Source: an uncultured Bacteroidales bacterium (lineage in GTDB: Bacteria; Bacteroidota; Bacteroidia; Bacteroidales; UBA12077). From it: 64,000 nt of DNA. Location of the stretch: NCBI GenBank assembly GCA_964606845.1, contig CAZSIC010000002.1, forward strand, positions 17,609 to 81,608, given 5' to 3'. Position numbers and translations under genes: made by a program. Positions 18,198-27,639 of this stretch are shown piece after piece; within the stretch, counting starts at the first letter, position 1; each line of letters starts with the position of its first letter. A model generated the notes under the pieces. It ran no database searches. It was not told the origin of the DNA and was given only the letters and a program-made list of their open reading frames with translations.

Positions 18198-18917
18198 TTA
18201 TTTTTTCATTATTTTCTTCTCTACTTCTTTTTTATCTAACTTTTTAGTACAGAAAAACCAATCTTTGCAATCAATATCTTTTTCTTCCATACGTCCTTGA
18301 GCTGAACCACATGAACCTGCTGTTGGCACAATTACATCATCTCCGGGATGCCAGTCAGCTGGTGTAGCCACACCAAATTCATCGGCTGTTTGTAATGCGA
18401 TAAGCACCCTGTATAATTCATTAAAATTACGGCCTAAACTTAGCGGATAATAGATTACCGTTCTTATAATTCCTTTGGGATCGATAAAGAAAACAGCTCT
18501 TACAGCTTTTGTGTTATCTTCGTTAGGCTGAACCATACCATATTTCTTGGCAACATCCATCTTTATATCTTCAATCAAAGGAAATTTAACTTCAATATTC
18601 TTCATTCCTTTGTATTCGATTTTCTCTTTAATGGTACGCAGCCATGCAATATGACTATAAAGCCCATCGATAGATAAACCAATTAAATCGCAGTTTGCAT
18701 CGTTAAATTGCTTTTCCATATTGGCAAAAGTCATAAATTCCGAAGTACAAACGGGTGTAAAGTCTGCCGGGTGACTGAAAAGAATCGCCCATTTTCCTTT
18801 ATAATCTGCCGGGAAATTAATTTCGCCCTGAGTAGTTACTGCTTTAAACTCAGGCGCTGGATCTCCTATGCGAGGCATAGAAAAAACTTCTTCTTTGTTT
18901 TCAAATTTTTCTTCCAT
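18198..18917 (-). CDS. Peroxiredoxin (Prx6/archaeal-TPx-like) with a Cys-containing C-terminal extension
   Basis: Has the peroxidatic motif PADFTPVCTSE. The tail is GSCGSAQGRMEEKDIDCKDWFFC. Confidence 0.88.
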   Translation of the reverse strand: MEEKFENKEEVFSMPRIGDPAPEFKAVTTQGEINFPADYKGKWAILFSHPADFTPVCTSEFMTFANMEKQFNDANCDLIGLSIDGLYSHIAWLRTIKEKIEYKGMKNIEVKFPLIEDIKMDVAKKYGMVQPNEDNTKAVRAVFFIDPKGIIRTVIYYPLSLGRNFNELYRVLIALQTADEFGVATPADWHPGDDVIVPTAGSCGSAQGRMEEKDIDCKDWFFCTKKLDKKEVEKKIMKK

Positions 18918-18947
18918 AATTTTTATTTATTTTATAGTTAACAAATA

Positions 18948-19445
18948 TTATTCAGCTGATTTGCCAGAAACATTTTTACTTCTTTCAATGGATTGCAGTG
19001 CAAGATAATTTTCTCCAAATTTTTTCATATTCTCCATTTCGTCGTCATAATTGTCAAAATGACGTTCTTCGTCTTCAACCAGCGATTCGAATAGTTTTTT
19101 AGATACTGAGTCAGCATTTTGAGCACATTCATTTGCCCAGTTATTATAATCTTCGGCACTTTGCTCTTCCATTTTTCGGGCCAACTCAAGCATTTCTTTT
19201 ACATCATGAATTTTCTTAACATCTTCGGAAACGATCATTTCCACTTCGCCATCCAGAAATAAAACTCTTTCTGCTAATTGCTCAACATGCATCATTTCTT
19301 CAATGGCAATACGGCGGAAAAGTCCGGCTAATAAATCATAACCCTGGTCATCACAGTGAAAATGAAAGTACATGTATTGATGTACTGCTGATAATTCGTC
19401 TCCAATCGCTTTGTTTAGTAGTTCGATACTTTTTTCCTTTTTCAT
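18948..19445 (-). CDS. bfr: Bacterioferritin-family protein
   Basis: LNKAIGDELSAVHQYMYFH...EEMMHVEQLAERVLFLDGE...EDEERHFD aligns by eye with the Bfr di-iron ligands and the Met heme ligand. Confidence 0.8.
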   Translation of the reverse strand: MKKEKSIELLNKAIGDELSAVHQYMYFHFHCDDQGYDLLAGLFRRIAIEEMMHVEQLAERVLFLDGEVEMIVSEDVKKIHDVKEMLELARKMEEQSAEDYNNWANECAQNADSVSKKLFESLVEDEERHFDNYDDEMENMKKFGENYLALQSIERSKNVSGKSAE

Positions 19446-19522
19446 AGTTTATTTTAATTAAAGTTTAAAATTTAGTTTTTAATCTAACATTAATGCCATT
19501 GCTTTGAGTAAATAAATAAAAT

Positions 19523-19948
19523 TTAATGATAAAATTTACCTACAATATGAAGCTTAATGTCGTCTATTTCAAAATTTTCTATTTTTTTCTTCTTAAAATA
19601 TTGTTCTAATAATATATTTAAATCTTCATCATAATAATCTTCAATTCTATCCGAATCAGTTGAATATAAATGATGATGTTTTTCCAAATCATGATCATAT
19701 CGCATCACATCTTTATCGGTTTTTACACGCTTTAAAATTCCTTTCTCAACAAATGTATCCAATATTTTATATACCGTACCTTTTGCAATATTTGGATGAT
19801 TCTTTTTAATTTCTTCAATGATTTTATCAGTTGTTGGATGATTTCCCAACAATACAACAGCTTCAAAAACAATTAATCGTTGTGGGGTTATTTTTAACCC
19901 TTTATTTCGCAACTCATTATGTAAATCAGCCTTATTCATTTTAACCAT
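19523..19948 (-). CDS. Fur-family transcriptional regulator (PerR-like context), Cys-free
   Basis: Has the KITPQRLIVFEAV wHTH signature and a His-rich segment HDLEKHHHLY, but no CxxC pairs. Confidence 0.8.
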   Translation of the reverse strand: MVKMNKADLHNELRNKGLKITPQRLIVFEAVVLLGNHPTTDKIIEEIKKNHPNIAKGTVYKILDTFVEKGILKRVKTDKDVMRYDHDLEKHHHLYSTDSDRIEDYYDEDLNILLEQYFKKKKIENFEIDDIKLHIVGKFYH

Positions 19949-20081
19949 GTATTAAATAAGATTCATTCTCATTTAAGAATAAGTAAAATTACAAAACATA
20001 TTTCAAATTTCCAAATGTTTGTATAAAATTATGTTCAAAAATTAATGTTTGATTTAAAACAAAAAGAATAAAAAGAGGAAA

Positions 20082-21368
20082 TTATTTTTCTCTCACATGA
20101 TATGACCAGCGGAGAATATAGATGCCAACCAACAAAGAAAAAATAGCAATGGCGAATGTCCATGAAAATCCCAACCACTCATACAATGCTACACCTAGCA
20201 ATGGTGCAAAAATGGATCGTAATCCTGTAGCAAAAAGGTGTATAGACTGATAATTCCCTGCTTCTTCGTTACTGCCGAAATAAGATGACCCAATATTCCA
20301 CGATATAGGCATTGTAGAAGTAAAAAGACTATAAAAAAGCGTAGCAATAAGTAACATAATGTAAATTTCGAGATTCCATAATTCAAAATGCATTGGAATA
20401 TACGCCGATAAGCCGATAAATAAAATATATCCGGCCAAAGAAATAAAAGGTAGTACGGTAAATTTTCGAGGATCTACACTTCCAATCAATTTACCGAAAA
20501 ATGGAAGCATGATAATAGCCAGGATATTATATGCATTTTGATAAAAAGCAACACTAGAATAATTCAGAGCCAATTCTTTATCATAAAAAATATTAATAAC
20601 CGAGCGGGTACTCATAAAACTGAATCCATAAAATAAGAATGCAATTTGATAATCAAGGTAAGCTTTGTTGGTTCTTAAAATATGAACCATTTTTTTAAAA
20701 GAGCTAACCACTGCCTGCATAATTCCTTCTGAATAATCAGCAACGGTTTTAGGAATGTATTCAATTCGGGAGAATAGAACAATGCTTAAAAAACCTAACA
20801 CACCCAGTACAGGAAAAAACCAGGTAAAGGAAAAATCGTCGGCATCTAATAATAATCCCAACAGAAAAACGGTAATCAGAAGCAGTACTTGCCTCACAGA
20901 TGCAGAAACTCCGTAAATGCGGCCAAAATTCTCCTGCGAATAAGCATTCTTAAGAAAAAGATTAATCGTGGGTAAAACGATGGGATAAGAAAGATAATAC
21001 GTAAAAAAGATAAACAGAAATATGTAATGATATATGGAATGAATCGTGTATACTTCAGGATTTTGCGGGAAAAAAAGTAAAAAAAGCAAAGGTAAATGAG
21101 TTAAAAATCCTGCCCTGCGTAATAATTTACGTTTTCTTTTAGCTCTGTAAATCAATTCGTTAAAAAACACCGAAAGCAACAGGACAATTACACTCGACTG
21201 AAACAAAACACTTAACTGATAGCTTGATCCATTTAAGCTTTTAATAAATACATACTCATTTAACAACAAAGCACCACGAATCATCCCATCAATAATAGAA
21301 AAAGTGATATGAAGGTAAAAAGTACGTAATTCTTTATCGTTTAATCTTTTGAGTAATCTTATTTGCAT
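20082..21368 (-). CDS. MFS-type transporter
   Basis: 428 aa with about 12 hydrophobic segments. Substrate unknown. Confidence 0.65.
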   Translation of the reverse strand: MQIRLLKRLNDKELRTFYLHITFSIIDGMIRGALLLNEYVFIKSLNGSSYQLSVLFQSSVIVLLLSVFFNELIYRAKRKRKLLRRAGFLTHLPLLFLLFFPQNPEVYTIHSIYHYIFLFIFFTYYLSYPIVLPTINLFLKNAYSQENFGRIYGVSASVRQVLLLITVFLLGLLLDADDFSFTWFFPVLGVLGFLSIVLFSRIEYIPKTVADYSEGIMQAVVSSFKKMVHILRTNKAYLDYQIAFLFYGFSFMSTRSVINIFYDKELALNYSSVAFYQNAYNILAIIMLPFFGKLIGSVDPRKFTVLPFISLAGYILFIGLSAYIPMHFELWNLEIYIMLLIATLFYSLFTSTMPISWNIGSSYFGSNEEAGNYQSIHLFATGLRSIFAPLLGVALYEWLGFSWTFAIAIFSLLVGIYILRWSYHVREK

Positions 21369-21542
21369 TTTAAAGTTTTAATGCTTAACAGACTTGCAAA
21401 TATAGTTTAAGTTTAATATTGTGTAATAATTCTTTTTATGAATCTCATAAAACAAAATATACATCTAATTTTAAACGAAACGACAATTTTTGTGTTCTAT
21501 ATAGATTGTGATCTAAAAATATTAGGCCAAAAGAAAAAATGT

Positions 21543-21550
21543 TACCTTTG
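21543..21550 (+). promoter_or_regulatory. -7 box TAccTTTG
   Basis: Exact TAnnTTTG match, 20 nt upstream of the ATG at 21571. Confidence 0.4.
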
Positions 21551-21570
21551 AAAACATAATATGATATACT

Positions 21571-22032
21571 ATGGATAAAAATAAGAAACAAGGAAGATAC
21601 GATCGAATTTATAAGCAAATTGCTGAATTAATGCCAAAAACAGATAATCCGTATGCAAGGATGTCGACTATAATTGCGGTTTTACATCATAAAATGGAAA
21701 CTTTTTTCTGGACAGGTTTTTATTTCTTGAAAAACGACAAATTAGTGGTAGGCCAGTACCAGGGGCCGGTAGCATGCCAGGAATTAACAAAAGATACCGG
21801 AGTTTGCTGGGCAGGCATTAATCAACAAAAACCTATTGTTGTTGCTGATGTAGAAAAGTTTCCCGGCCATATTGCCTGCGATTCAAGGTCTAAATCGGAA
21901 ATTGTAATTCCATTAAAAGATTCGAAAAAAAATATTATCGGTGTTTTGGATGTGGATAGTAATGAATATAATTCGTTCGATGAAGTGGACGAAAAGATGT
22001 TATCCAAAATATTAGAACTGATTTTCAATTAA
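21571..22032 (+). CDS. GAF-domain protein (free methionine-R-sulfoxide reductase-like)
   Basis: 153 aa. The segment FFWTGFYFLKNDKLVVGQYQGPVACQEL...GVCW...GHIACDSRSKSEIVIPL matches the fRMsr/YebR-type GAF pattern. Confidence 0.75.
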   Translation: MDKNKKQGRYDRIYKQIAELMPKTDNPYARMSTIIAVLHHKMETFFWTGFYFLKNDKLVVGQYQGPVACQELTKDTGVCWAGINQQKPIVVADVEKFPGHIACDSRSKSEIVIPLKDSKKNIIGVLDVDSNEYNSFDEVDEKMLSKILELIFN

Positions 22033-23993
22033 TGAAAAAAATCTTACTGCCCATATTATTTGTTATATTTTCTTTAAGCAGTTTAGCACAATTAAATGTT
22101 AATTATTATTTATCGCTTGGAAGAGGAAAACTTTATGCTCAAAAATACAATGAAGCCATTGATGCTTTTAATATTGTAATAAATGTAAAGCCTAATCTTG
22201 CAGATCCTTATTTTTTAAGAGGAATCGCAAAATATAACTTAGCTGATTATCTGGGTGCAGAACAGGATTTTACCCAAGCTGTTGAATTAAAGCCAAACCA
22301 TACCGATGCTTTAAAAAACAGAGGAATTACCCGCGTTAACTTAAAAAAATATTACCTGGCGCTAAACGATTTCGATCAGGCCATTAAACTCTATGCTATT
22401 GATCCTGAACTATTTGTTTTTAGAGGATTTTGCAAAATCAACATCAACCATTACGATCAAGCTATCAACGATTTTAACAAATCGCTGGAAATTACAAAAC
22501 ACAACAAGAAAGCTTATTTCTATCGCGGACTGGCAAAACATTTTTCGGAAGATACCCTTGGAGCCCTAAAAGATTATGACAAAGCATTAAAAATTGATCC
22601 TGAATATGTTCCGGTTTACATGAATAAAGGAATTTTATACTCTGAGTGGCACAAGTATGATACTGCAATCACCTGTTATTCGCGTGTTATTAAGATTGAT
22701 CCGCTTAATGCAAGTGCTTACATTAACCGTTCGCTGGCGAATTATCATCAGGAAAAAATTCAAACAGCCGTTCATGATTTAGATACTGCCATACAAATAG
22801 AACCCGACAACTCGCTGGCACTATTTAACAGGGCATTACTCAAAAACGAATTGGAGCAAAAACGCGATGCTATTTCAGATTTAAACAAAGTGATTCAATT
22901 AAATCCTCAAAATATCCTTTCCTATTTTAACCGAGGCCGTATTAAGCAGGAAATTGATGATTTGCAAGGGGCTTTTATTGATTTTTCCAAAGCCATAGAA
23001 ATTTATCCCGATTTTGCCAAAGCATACATCAGTCGTTCAAATGTAAGACGTCAACTGAACGATATCAAAGGTGCTTTAGCCGACCGTCAACGTGCTGAAA
23101 ATATTATTGCAGCTGTTCGGGAAAACAAAGAATTGTATGCCAGTTATACCGATACCTCGGATAACTTTAGAAACTTGATTACTTTAAAGTCAAGTAACCG
23201 ATTTTATAATCATCCAAACTATAACCAACGAATAGAACCGGAAGAAAATTTTGTGCTTGCAACCGGTAAACAAAACTCCGAATATTTTAATAAAATTGCT
23301 GCCCTACACGATAATATAGAGGAGCAAAAAAATATTTACAAGGAATATGGGCTTGTTATTAAAAATGAAAGTGATGTTATTAGAAATATTGACTCATTAA
23401 AAATGAAAATAGCTGCTTTAGAAGATAATTACAAATCAGCCAACAATAAATACCAAAATTTAATTCAAACAGCTGTTTATAAAAGTTACTTAAAAAACTT
23501 TAACGAAGCTTTATCGGATTTAGATTTAGCCATAAAATTGAAACCCAACCATTTTCTTGCCTATTTTTGCCGTGGAAATATTCGTTCAGAAATGATTGAT
23601 TATATAAAACTATTAGACCAGGAAAATGATGTTTTACTCATTGACCCGCAACAACAATCAAGCATTAAAACCATAAAAGAACAAGAAAATTTTGCTGATT
23701 ACCAATATATCATTAATGATTATATGAAAGCACTGGAAAAATCGCCTGAATTTATTTTTTCCGGGTATAATTTGGCAAACACTTTCTTAAAAACTCGTGA
23801 TTACAATAAAGCCATTGAATGGTACAACAAAATAATTAAATACGATAATACTTTTGCCGAAGCATATTATAACCGGGGGTTAACCTACATTTACCTAAAA
23901 GAAAACGAAAACGGCTGTATGGATATGAGTAAATCGGGTGAGTTGGGTATCCAAAATGCTTACGTGGTAATTGGCCGCTTTTGCGAAAATTAA
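22032..23993 (+). CDS. Tetratricopeptide-repeat protein with signal peptide
   Basis: Has many 34-aa A..YNRG.A...L.....A..D...AI...P repeats. Its start overlaps the upstream stop (TAATG). Confidence 0.85.
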   Translation: MKKILLPILFVIFSLSSLAQLNVNYYLSLGRGKLYAQKYNEAIDAFNIVINVKPNLADPYFLRGIAKYNLADYLGAEQDFTQAVELKPNHTDALKNRGITRVNLKKYYLALNDFDQAIKLYAIDPELFVFRGFCKININHYDQAINDFNKSLEITKHNKKAYFYRGLAKHFSEDTLGALKDYDKALKIDPEYVPVYMNKGILYSEWHKYDTAITCYSRVIKIDPLNASAYINRSLANYHQEKIQTAVHDLDTAIQIEPDNSLALFNRALLKNELEQKRDAISDLNKVIQLNPQNILSYFNRGRIKQEIDDLQGAFIDFSKAIEIYPDFAKAYISRSNVRRQLNDIKGALADRQRAENIIAAVRENKELYASYTDTSDNFRNLITLKSSNRFYNHPNYNQRIEPEENFVLATGKQNSEYFNKIAALHDNIEEQKNIYKEYGLVIKNESDVIRNIDSLKMKIAALEDNYKSANNKYQNLIQTAVYKSYLKNFNEALSDLDLAIKLKPNHFLAYFCRGNIRSEMIDYIKLLDQENDVLLIDPQQQSSIKTIKEQENFADYQYIINDYMKALEKSPEFIFSGYNLANTFLKTRDYNKAIEWYNKIIKYDNTFAEAYYNRGLTYIYLKENENGCMDMSKSGELGIQNAYVVIGRFCEN

Positions 23994-24010
23994 ATCCTAT
24001 TTTTGGGTTC

Positions 24011-24291
24011 GCCGGCTCCCAACAGCTATAGCCGACTGCTGGTATTTTAGTCAGCGGCTTTATGCCATGGAAGTCTTTTTATCAGGGTCACCGGCTTCCA
24101 GCCGGTTTATCCTGGAAAAATTCCATATCAGTTAAAACCGGCTAGAAGCCGGTGATCCATTGAAAAAATTACTTATTTTATAAGTTATAGGTACAGCCGA
24201 TTGGTTATAATAGTCAGCGGATGAATTACTAATTGGCAACTAATTATGCTTAATATCATGGTGCCGTTGATTCAAAAGTCATCCGCTGACT
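24011..24291. repeat. Cluster of GC-richer hairpin repeats (REP/BIME-like) between convergent genes
   Basis: Direct repeat AGCCGA(C/T)TG...TAGTCAGCGG at 24030-24059 and 24194-24220. Twin hairpins ACCGGCT-TCC-AGCCGGT (24090-24106) and ACCGGCT-AGA-AGCCGGT (24137-24153). A 13-bp stem joins AGTCAGCGGATGA (24212-24224) and TCATCCGCTGACT (24279-24291). Confidence 0.8.
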
Positions 24292-24294
24292 TTT

Positions 24295-24321
24295 AGAAAA
24301 AAACCGTGCAAAAATGCACGG
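24295..24321 (-). terminator. Intrinsic terminator of the glutathione peroxidase gene
   Basis: The stem CCGTGCA (24304-24310) pairs with TGCACGG (24315-24321). An A-run at 24295-24303 gives the U-tract on the minus strand. Confidence 0.7.
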
Positions 24322-24352
24322 TTCAATTATCTAATATCATTTTTTATCGAAT

Positions 24353-24898
24353 CTACTTCTCTACAATCCAGTTTATGATCTGATCATCTAAAGGATTTGT
24401 TCTTGAATAAGCCACATCTACCAAATTCCCTTTTTCATCAATCATGTATTTCTGAAAATTCCACTTTACTTTCGAGTCCATTACTCCATTTTCTTCTTTA
24501 TCGGTTAACCATTGATAGAGTGGATGAATATCATCGCCTTTAACCGATATTTTAGACATCATAGGAAAAGTAACTCCATAATTTTCTGAACAAAACTGCT
24601 TTATTTCATTGTTTGAACCTGGTTCCTGGTTCATAAAATTATTAGCAGGAAATCCAATAATTACAAAATTCTTAGATTTATATTTTTGATAAAGTTTCTG
24701 TAAATCTTCATATTGCGGGGTAAAACCACATTTAGAGGCTGTATTTACAACCAATACTTTTTTGCCCTTTAAAGTGGATAAATCAAAATTTTCTCCATCG
24801 ATGGTTTGTACCTTAAAATCATAAAAGGATTTGTTTTGAGCAAAAGTTACTGAACTTATCAAGGCCAATGCAATTATTAATACTGTTTTTTTCATCAT
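24353..24898 (-). CDS. Glutathione peroxidase family protein (Cys type), exported
   Basis: Motifs NTASKCGFTPQY, FPANNFMNQEPG and a WNFQKY-type segment. I start it at the internal MMKKTVLIIALALIS signal peptide rather than at the track start. Confidence 0.88.
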   Translation of the reverse strand: MMKKTVLIIALALISSVTFAQNKSFYDFKVQTIDGENFDLSTLKGKKVLVVNTASKCGFTPQYEDLQKLYQKYKSKNFVIIGFPANNFMNQEPGSNNEIKQFCSENYGVTFPMMSKISVKGDDIHPLYQWLTDKEENGVMDSKVKWNFQKYMIDEKGNLVDVAYSRTNPLDDQIINWIVEK

Positions 24899-25032
24899 CT
24901 TATTTTTTTGTTTACAATCATTTTTCAAATCATTAAACAAGAGAAAATAAAATATGTTCATATTTACTGGTTATAAAAAGTATCATTCAAAATCTGTAAA
25001 TAAATTGAAATTGTTAATGGCTTGTTATCAGA

Positions 25033-26391
25033 TCACTTCATTCCTAATGACAAATCCGGGATAATTTTTTCGACCGTATTTTGTTTAAGGTAGGTCCGAA
25101 TAATTTGTTGCACATCGCGGTTATCAGGATATTTTTTAATAACATCGGAGAGTTTTTCAATATCATCTGTAAACCAATCAATATTAAAATAACCAAAGCC
25201 AATATATTTGCCATTTTCAACCTTAACCACGCTTTTTTCATCTTCACTTCTTCCCTTATCAATAATAAAAAAACTTTGGTGTTTAAAATTTAGATTATGA
25301 ATCAACTCATTAGCACGAGCATTATATGCTTCAACTGGCTCTTTTTGTATACAAGCTCCTTTACATTGATTAAGCTGATGATAAAAACAAGCCCCGGCAC
25401 TTTCGTATAAACCACACAATTTTTGGCATAATTCGTATTTTTCCGATAAATGATAAAGTCTTTCACGGGCTTCTTTTGCTAAATTGAATGCAATTAACGG
25501 AACATCTTCTCCAATTTTATCCACCCGAAAGCAAATATATCCATATTCATCTTTATTGGAATAAATTCCATAATGGTTGGATTTTCTGCGTTGTCTGCGG
25601 TTATATTTTGGTTTATGCTTTTTTATTTCGTCCGATTCCAACAATTGAGCGATTAAATCATTACCCGTTATTTCGTATGTAATATCATGCGTTTCATCGA
25701 TCATTTTAAGGGCTCTGCTTGTTTTTTCGTTGCTAAAATGAGAAAACACACGGGTACGTATATTTTTACTTTTCCCAATATAAATAATATCGCCCTGTTG
25801 ATTATGAAAATAATATACACCACTTTCCTCAGGTAGTTGCTTAATTTTTGATGATTGAAGATTATAAAATTTACCGGATTTTAATCCTGCCAGGGATGAA
25901 TCGGTTTTTAGCAGATGTTCAAAAAGTTTTACCGTAGCCAGTGCATCTCCGGCAGCCCGGTGACGTCCATTTAACGGAATTTTTAGCTCATTACACAATT
26001 TACCAAGACTGTATGATTTTCGTTTAGGGATAATTTTACGACTGAGCTGAACGGTACATAATTTTTCTCTTTTAAAATCGTAACCAAGGCTTTTAAATTC
26101 ATGCTTTATAAAATTGTAATCAAAAGAAGCATTGTGAGCCACAAAAATTTTTCCTTCGGTTAATAGTACAATATCTTTTGCTACTTCCCAAAATTTGGGT
26201 GCATCGGCTACCATTTCGTTGGTAATACCTGTTAACCTTGTAATATTTGCAGAAATAAAACGCTCAGGATTAATAAGTGTAGCAAACTCATTCACAATTT
26301 TTTCTCCATCGTGAATGAATATCGCAATCTCCGTAATTTTATTGCGTAGCGGGCTTAATCCGGTGGTTTCTATATCAATGATGGCATACAT
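25033..26391 (-). CDS. DnaQ-like 3'-5' exonuclease fused to a GIY-YIG/UvrC-N (Cho-like) nuclease domain
   Basis: The N-terminus IIDIETTGL...AHNASFDYNF...HRAAGDA is the DEDDh exonuclease signature. It is followed by GVYYFHNQQGDIIYIGKSKNIRTR (GIY-YIG) and a Cys cluster CQKLCGLYESAGACFYHQLNQCKGAC. Confidence 0.82.
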   Translation of the reverse strand: MYAIIDIETTGLSPLRNKITEIAIFIHDGEKIVNEFATLINPERFISANITRLTGITNEMVADAPKFWEVAKDIVLLTEGKIFVAHNASFDYNFIKHEFKSLGYDFKREKLCTVQLSRKIIPKRKSYSLGKLCNELKIPLNGRHRAAGDALATVKLFEHLLKTDSSLAGLKSGKFYNLQSSKIKQLPEESGVYYFHNQQGDIIYIGKSKNIRTRVFSHFSNEKTSRALKMIDETHDITYEITGNDLIAQLLESDEIKKHKPKYNRRQRRKSNHYGIYSNKDEYGYICFRVDKIGEDVPLIAFNLAKEARERLYHLSEKYELCQKLCGLYESAGACFYHQLNQCKGACIQKEPVEAYNARANELIHNLNFKHQSFFIIDKGRSEDEKSVVKVENGKYIGFGYFNIDWFTDDIEKLSDVIKKYPDNRDVQQIIRTYLKQNTVEKIIPDLSLGMK

Positions 26392-26442
26392 AAGTTATCT
26401 GCAAATTTGCAAATAATTGCTGATTATTGAGCATCAATAATC

Positions 26443-26469
26443 AAAAAAAACCGGCTAAAAAAGCCGGTT
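26443..26469 (-). terminator. Intrinsic terminator
   Basis: The stem AACCGGCT (26449-26456) pairs with AGCCGGTT (26462-26469). An A-run upstream on the plus strand gives the U-tract on the minus strand. Confidence 0.7.
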
Positions 26470-26492
26470 AAAATCTCATTTAAAAACAAAGC

Positions 26493-27485
26493 TTATAAGC
26501 CTTTCCCGGAAAAATATTTCATAAACTGCATCCGTTCATAAGCCGCTGGGTTTTGCGTTTTCTCCTGGCTCAACTTTCCTCTGAAATCATCAATTTTTTT
26601 AAAATTCTTCTGTTTCATCCAGGATGAAAGATCATCGAGCATATTTTCAATAATTCCTTTGCCATCTTTATAAAATGCAGAAGCTATTTGAACTGCATTT
26701 GCACCAGCCAACAATTGTTTAATCACTGCTGCACCATCGTGTATTCCTGTAGATGCTGCCAAATCACAACCTACTCTTTCGCTCATGATAGCAATCCAGC
26801 GTAAAGAAATGGGTAATTCTTCGGGATGGCTTAAAACGTTACTTGATATAACATCAAAATTGTTGATGTCAATATCAGGGCTGTAAAAGCGGTTAAATAA
26901 TACCAGTGAATTGATTCCCGTATTTGAAAGCTTTTTAATAAATGCGCCCAGGTTAGCTGAATAGTAACTTATTTTCAGGGCGAAAGGTATTTTAACATGC
27001 TTTTTTACTTCATCCACAATGTCAAAATAAACCTGTTCGTTTTCAGCTGCGGTTTTAGTAAAATCAGAAGGCATTACAAAAACATTCAACTCTAAAGCAT
27101 CGGCTCCGGCATCCTGTAATGTTTGAGCATAATAAGGCCATTTTTCGGCAGTAACACAATTAATACTGGCGATAATCGGAATTTTAACAGCCTTTTTTGA
27201 TTCCCTGATTAATTTAAGATAATTAGTTAGAGAATCATCTTCGGCATAATTATCGTAATAATCCATGGTTTCTGGATACAGAAAGGTTTCCATATTCATG
27301 CTTACCAAATCCTTTTCCAGTTCGAGCCGTATTTCTTCTTCGAAAATAGATTTTAGTACTACAGCAGCAGCTCCCTTTTTTTCAAATTCTATAATATCTT
27401 CTACTGAATTTGTTAAACCACTGCTTGCTGCAATAATTGGATTTCGCAGTTTAAGTCCCATATAGTTAACCGAAAGATCTGCCAT
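26493..27485 (-). CDS. Dihydroorotate dehydrogenase-like TIM-barrel flavoprotein (DHOD/DHPD family)
   Basis: GLKLRNPIIAASSGLT...NCVT...LELNV...ALKISY...LVLFNRF...IASTGIHDG shows typical class-1 DHOD fold motifs. Exact substrate uncertain. Confidence 0.7.
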   Translation of the reverse strand: MADLSVNYMGLKLRNPIIAASSGLTNSVEDIIEFEKKGAAAVVLKSIFEEEIRLELEKDLVSMNMETFLYPETMDYYDNYAEDDSLTNYLKLIRESKKAVKIPIIASINCVTAEKWPYYAQTLQDAGADALELNVFVMPSDFTKTAAENEQVYFDIVDEVKKHVKIPFALKISYYSANLGAFIKKLSNTGINSLVLFNRFYSPDIDINNFDVISSNVLSHPEELPISLRWIAIMSERVGCDLAASTGIHDGAAVIKQLLAGANAVQIASAFYKDGKGIIENMLDDLSSWMKQKNFKKIDDFRGKLSQEKTQNPAAYERMQFMKYFSGKGL

Positions 27486-27639
27486 AATGTTAAAGTTTTA
27501 AATTTTTATAATTCTGTCAAGTAAATTTATCAAAATTTATAGATTTTATCAATAAATATTTAGGTACTTTTAACAGTATGGACAAATATTTGTTCATGCT
27601 TAAGACAGATAAATCAGAAACTGTAAAGAAAAGCCAGCT

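Noticed and set aside
19450-19462. Perfect palindrome TTTAATTAAA between the Fur-like gene and bfr, as a PerR box.
   Set aside because: Pure A/T 10-mers that are palindromic arise easily by chance in a spacer of this composition, and it does not resemble the Fur or PerR consensus beyond AT-richness.
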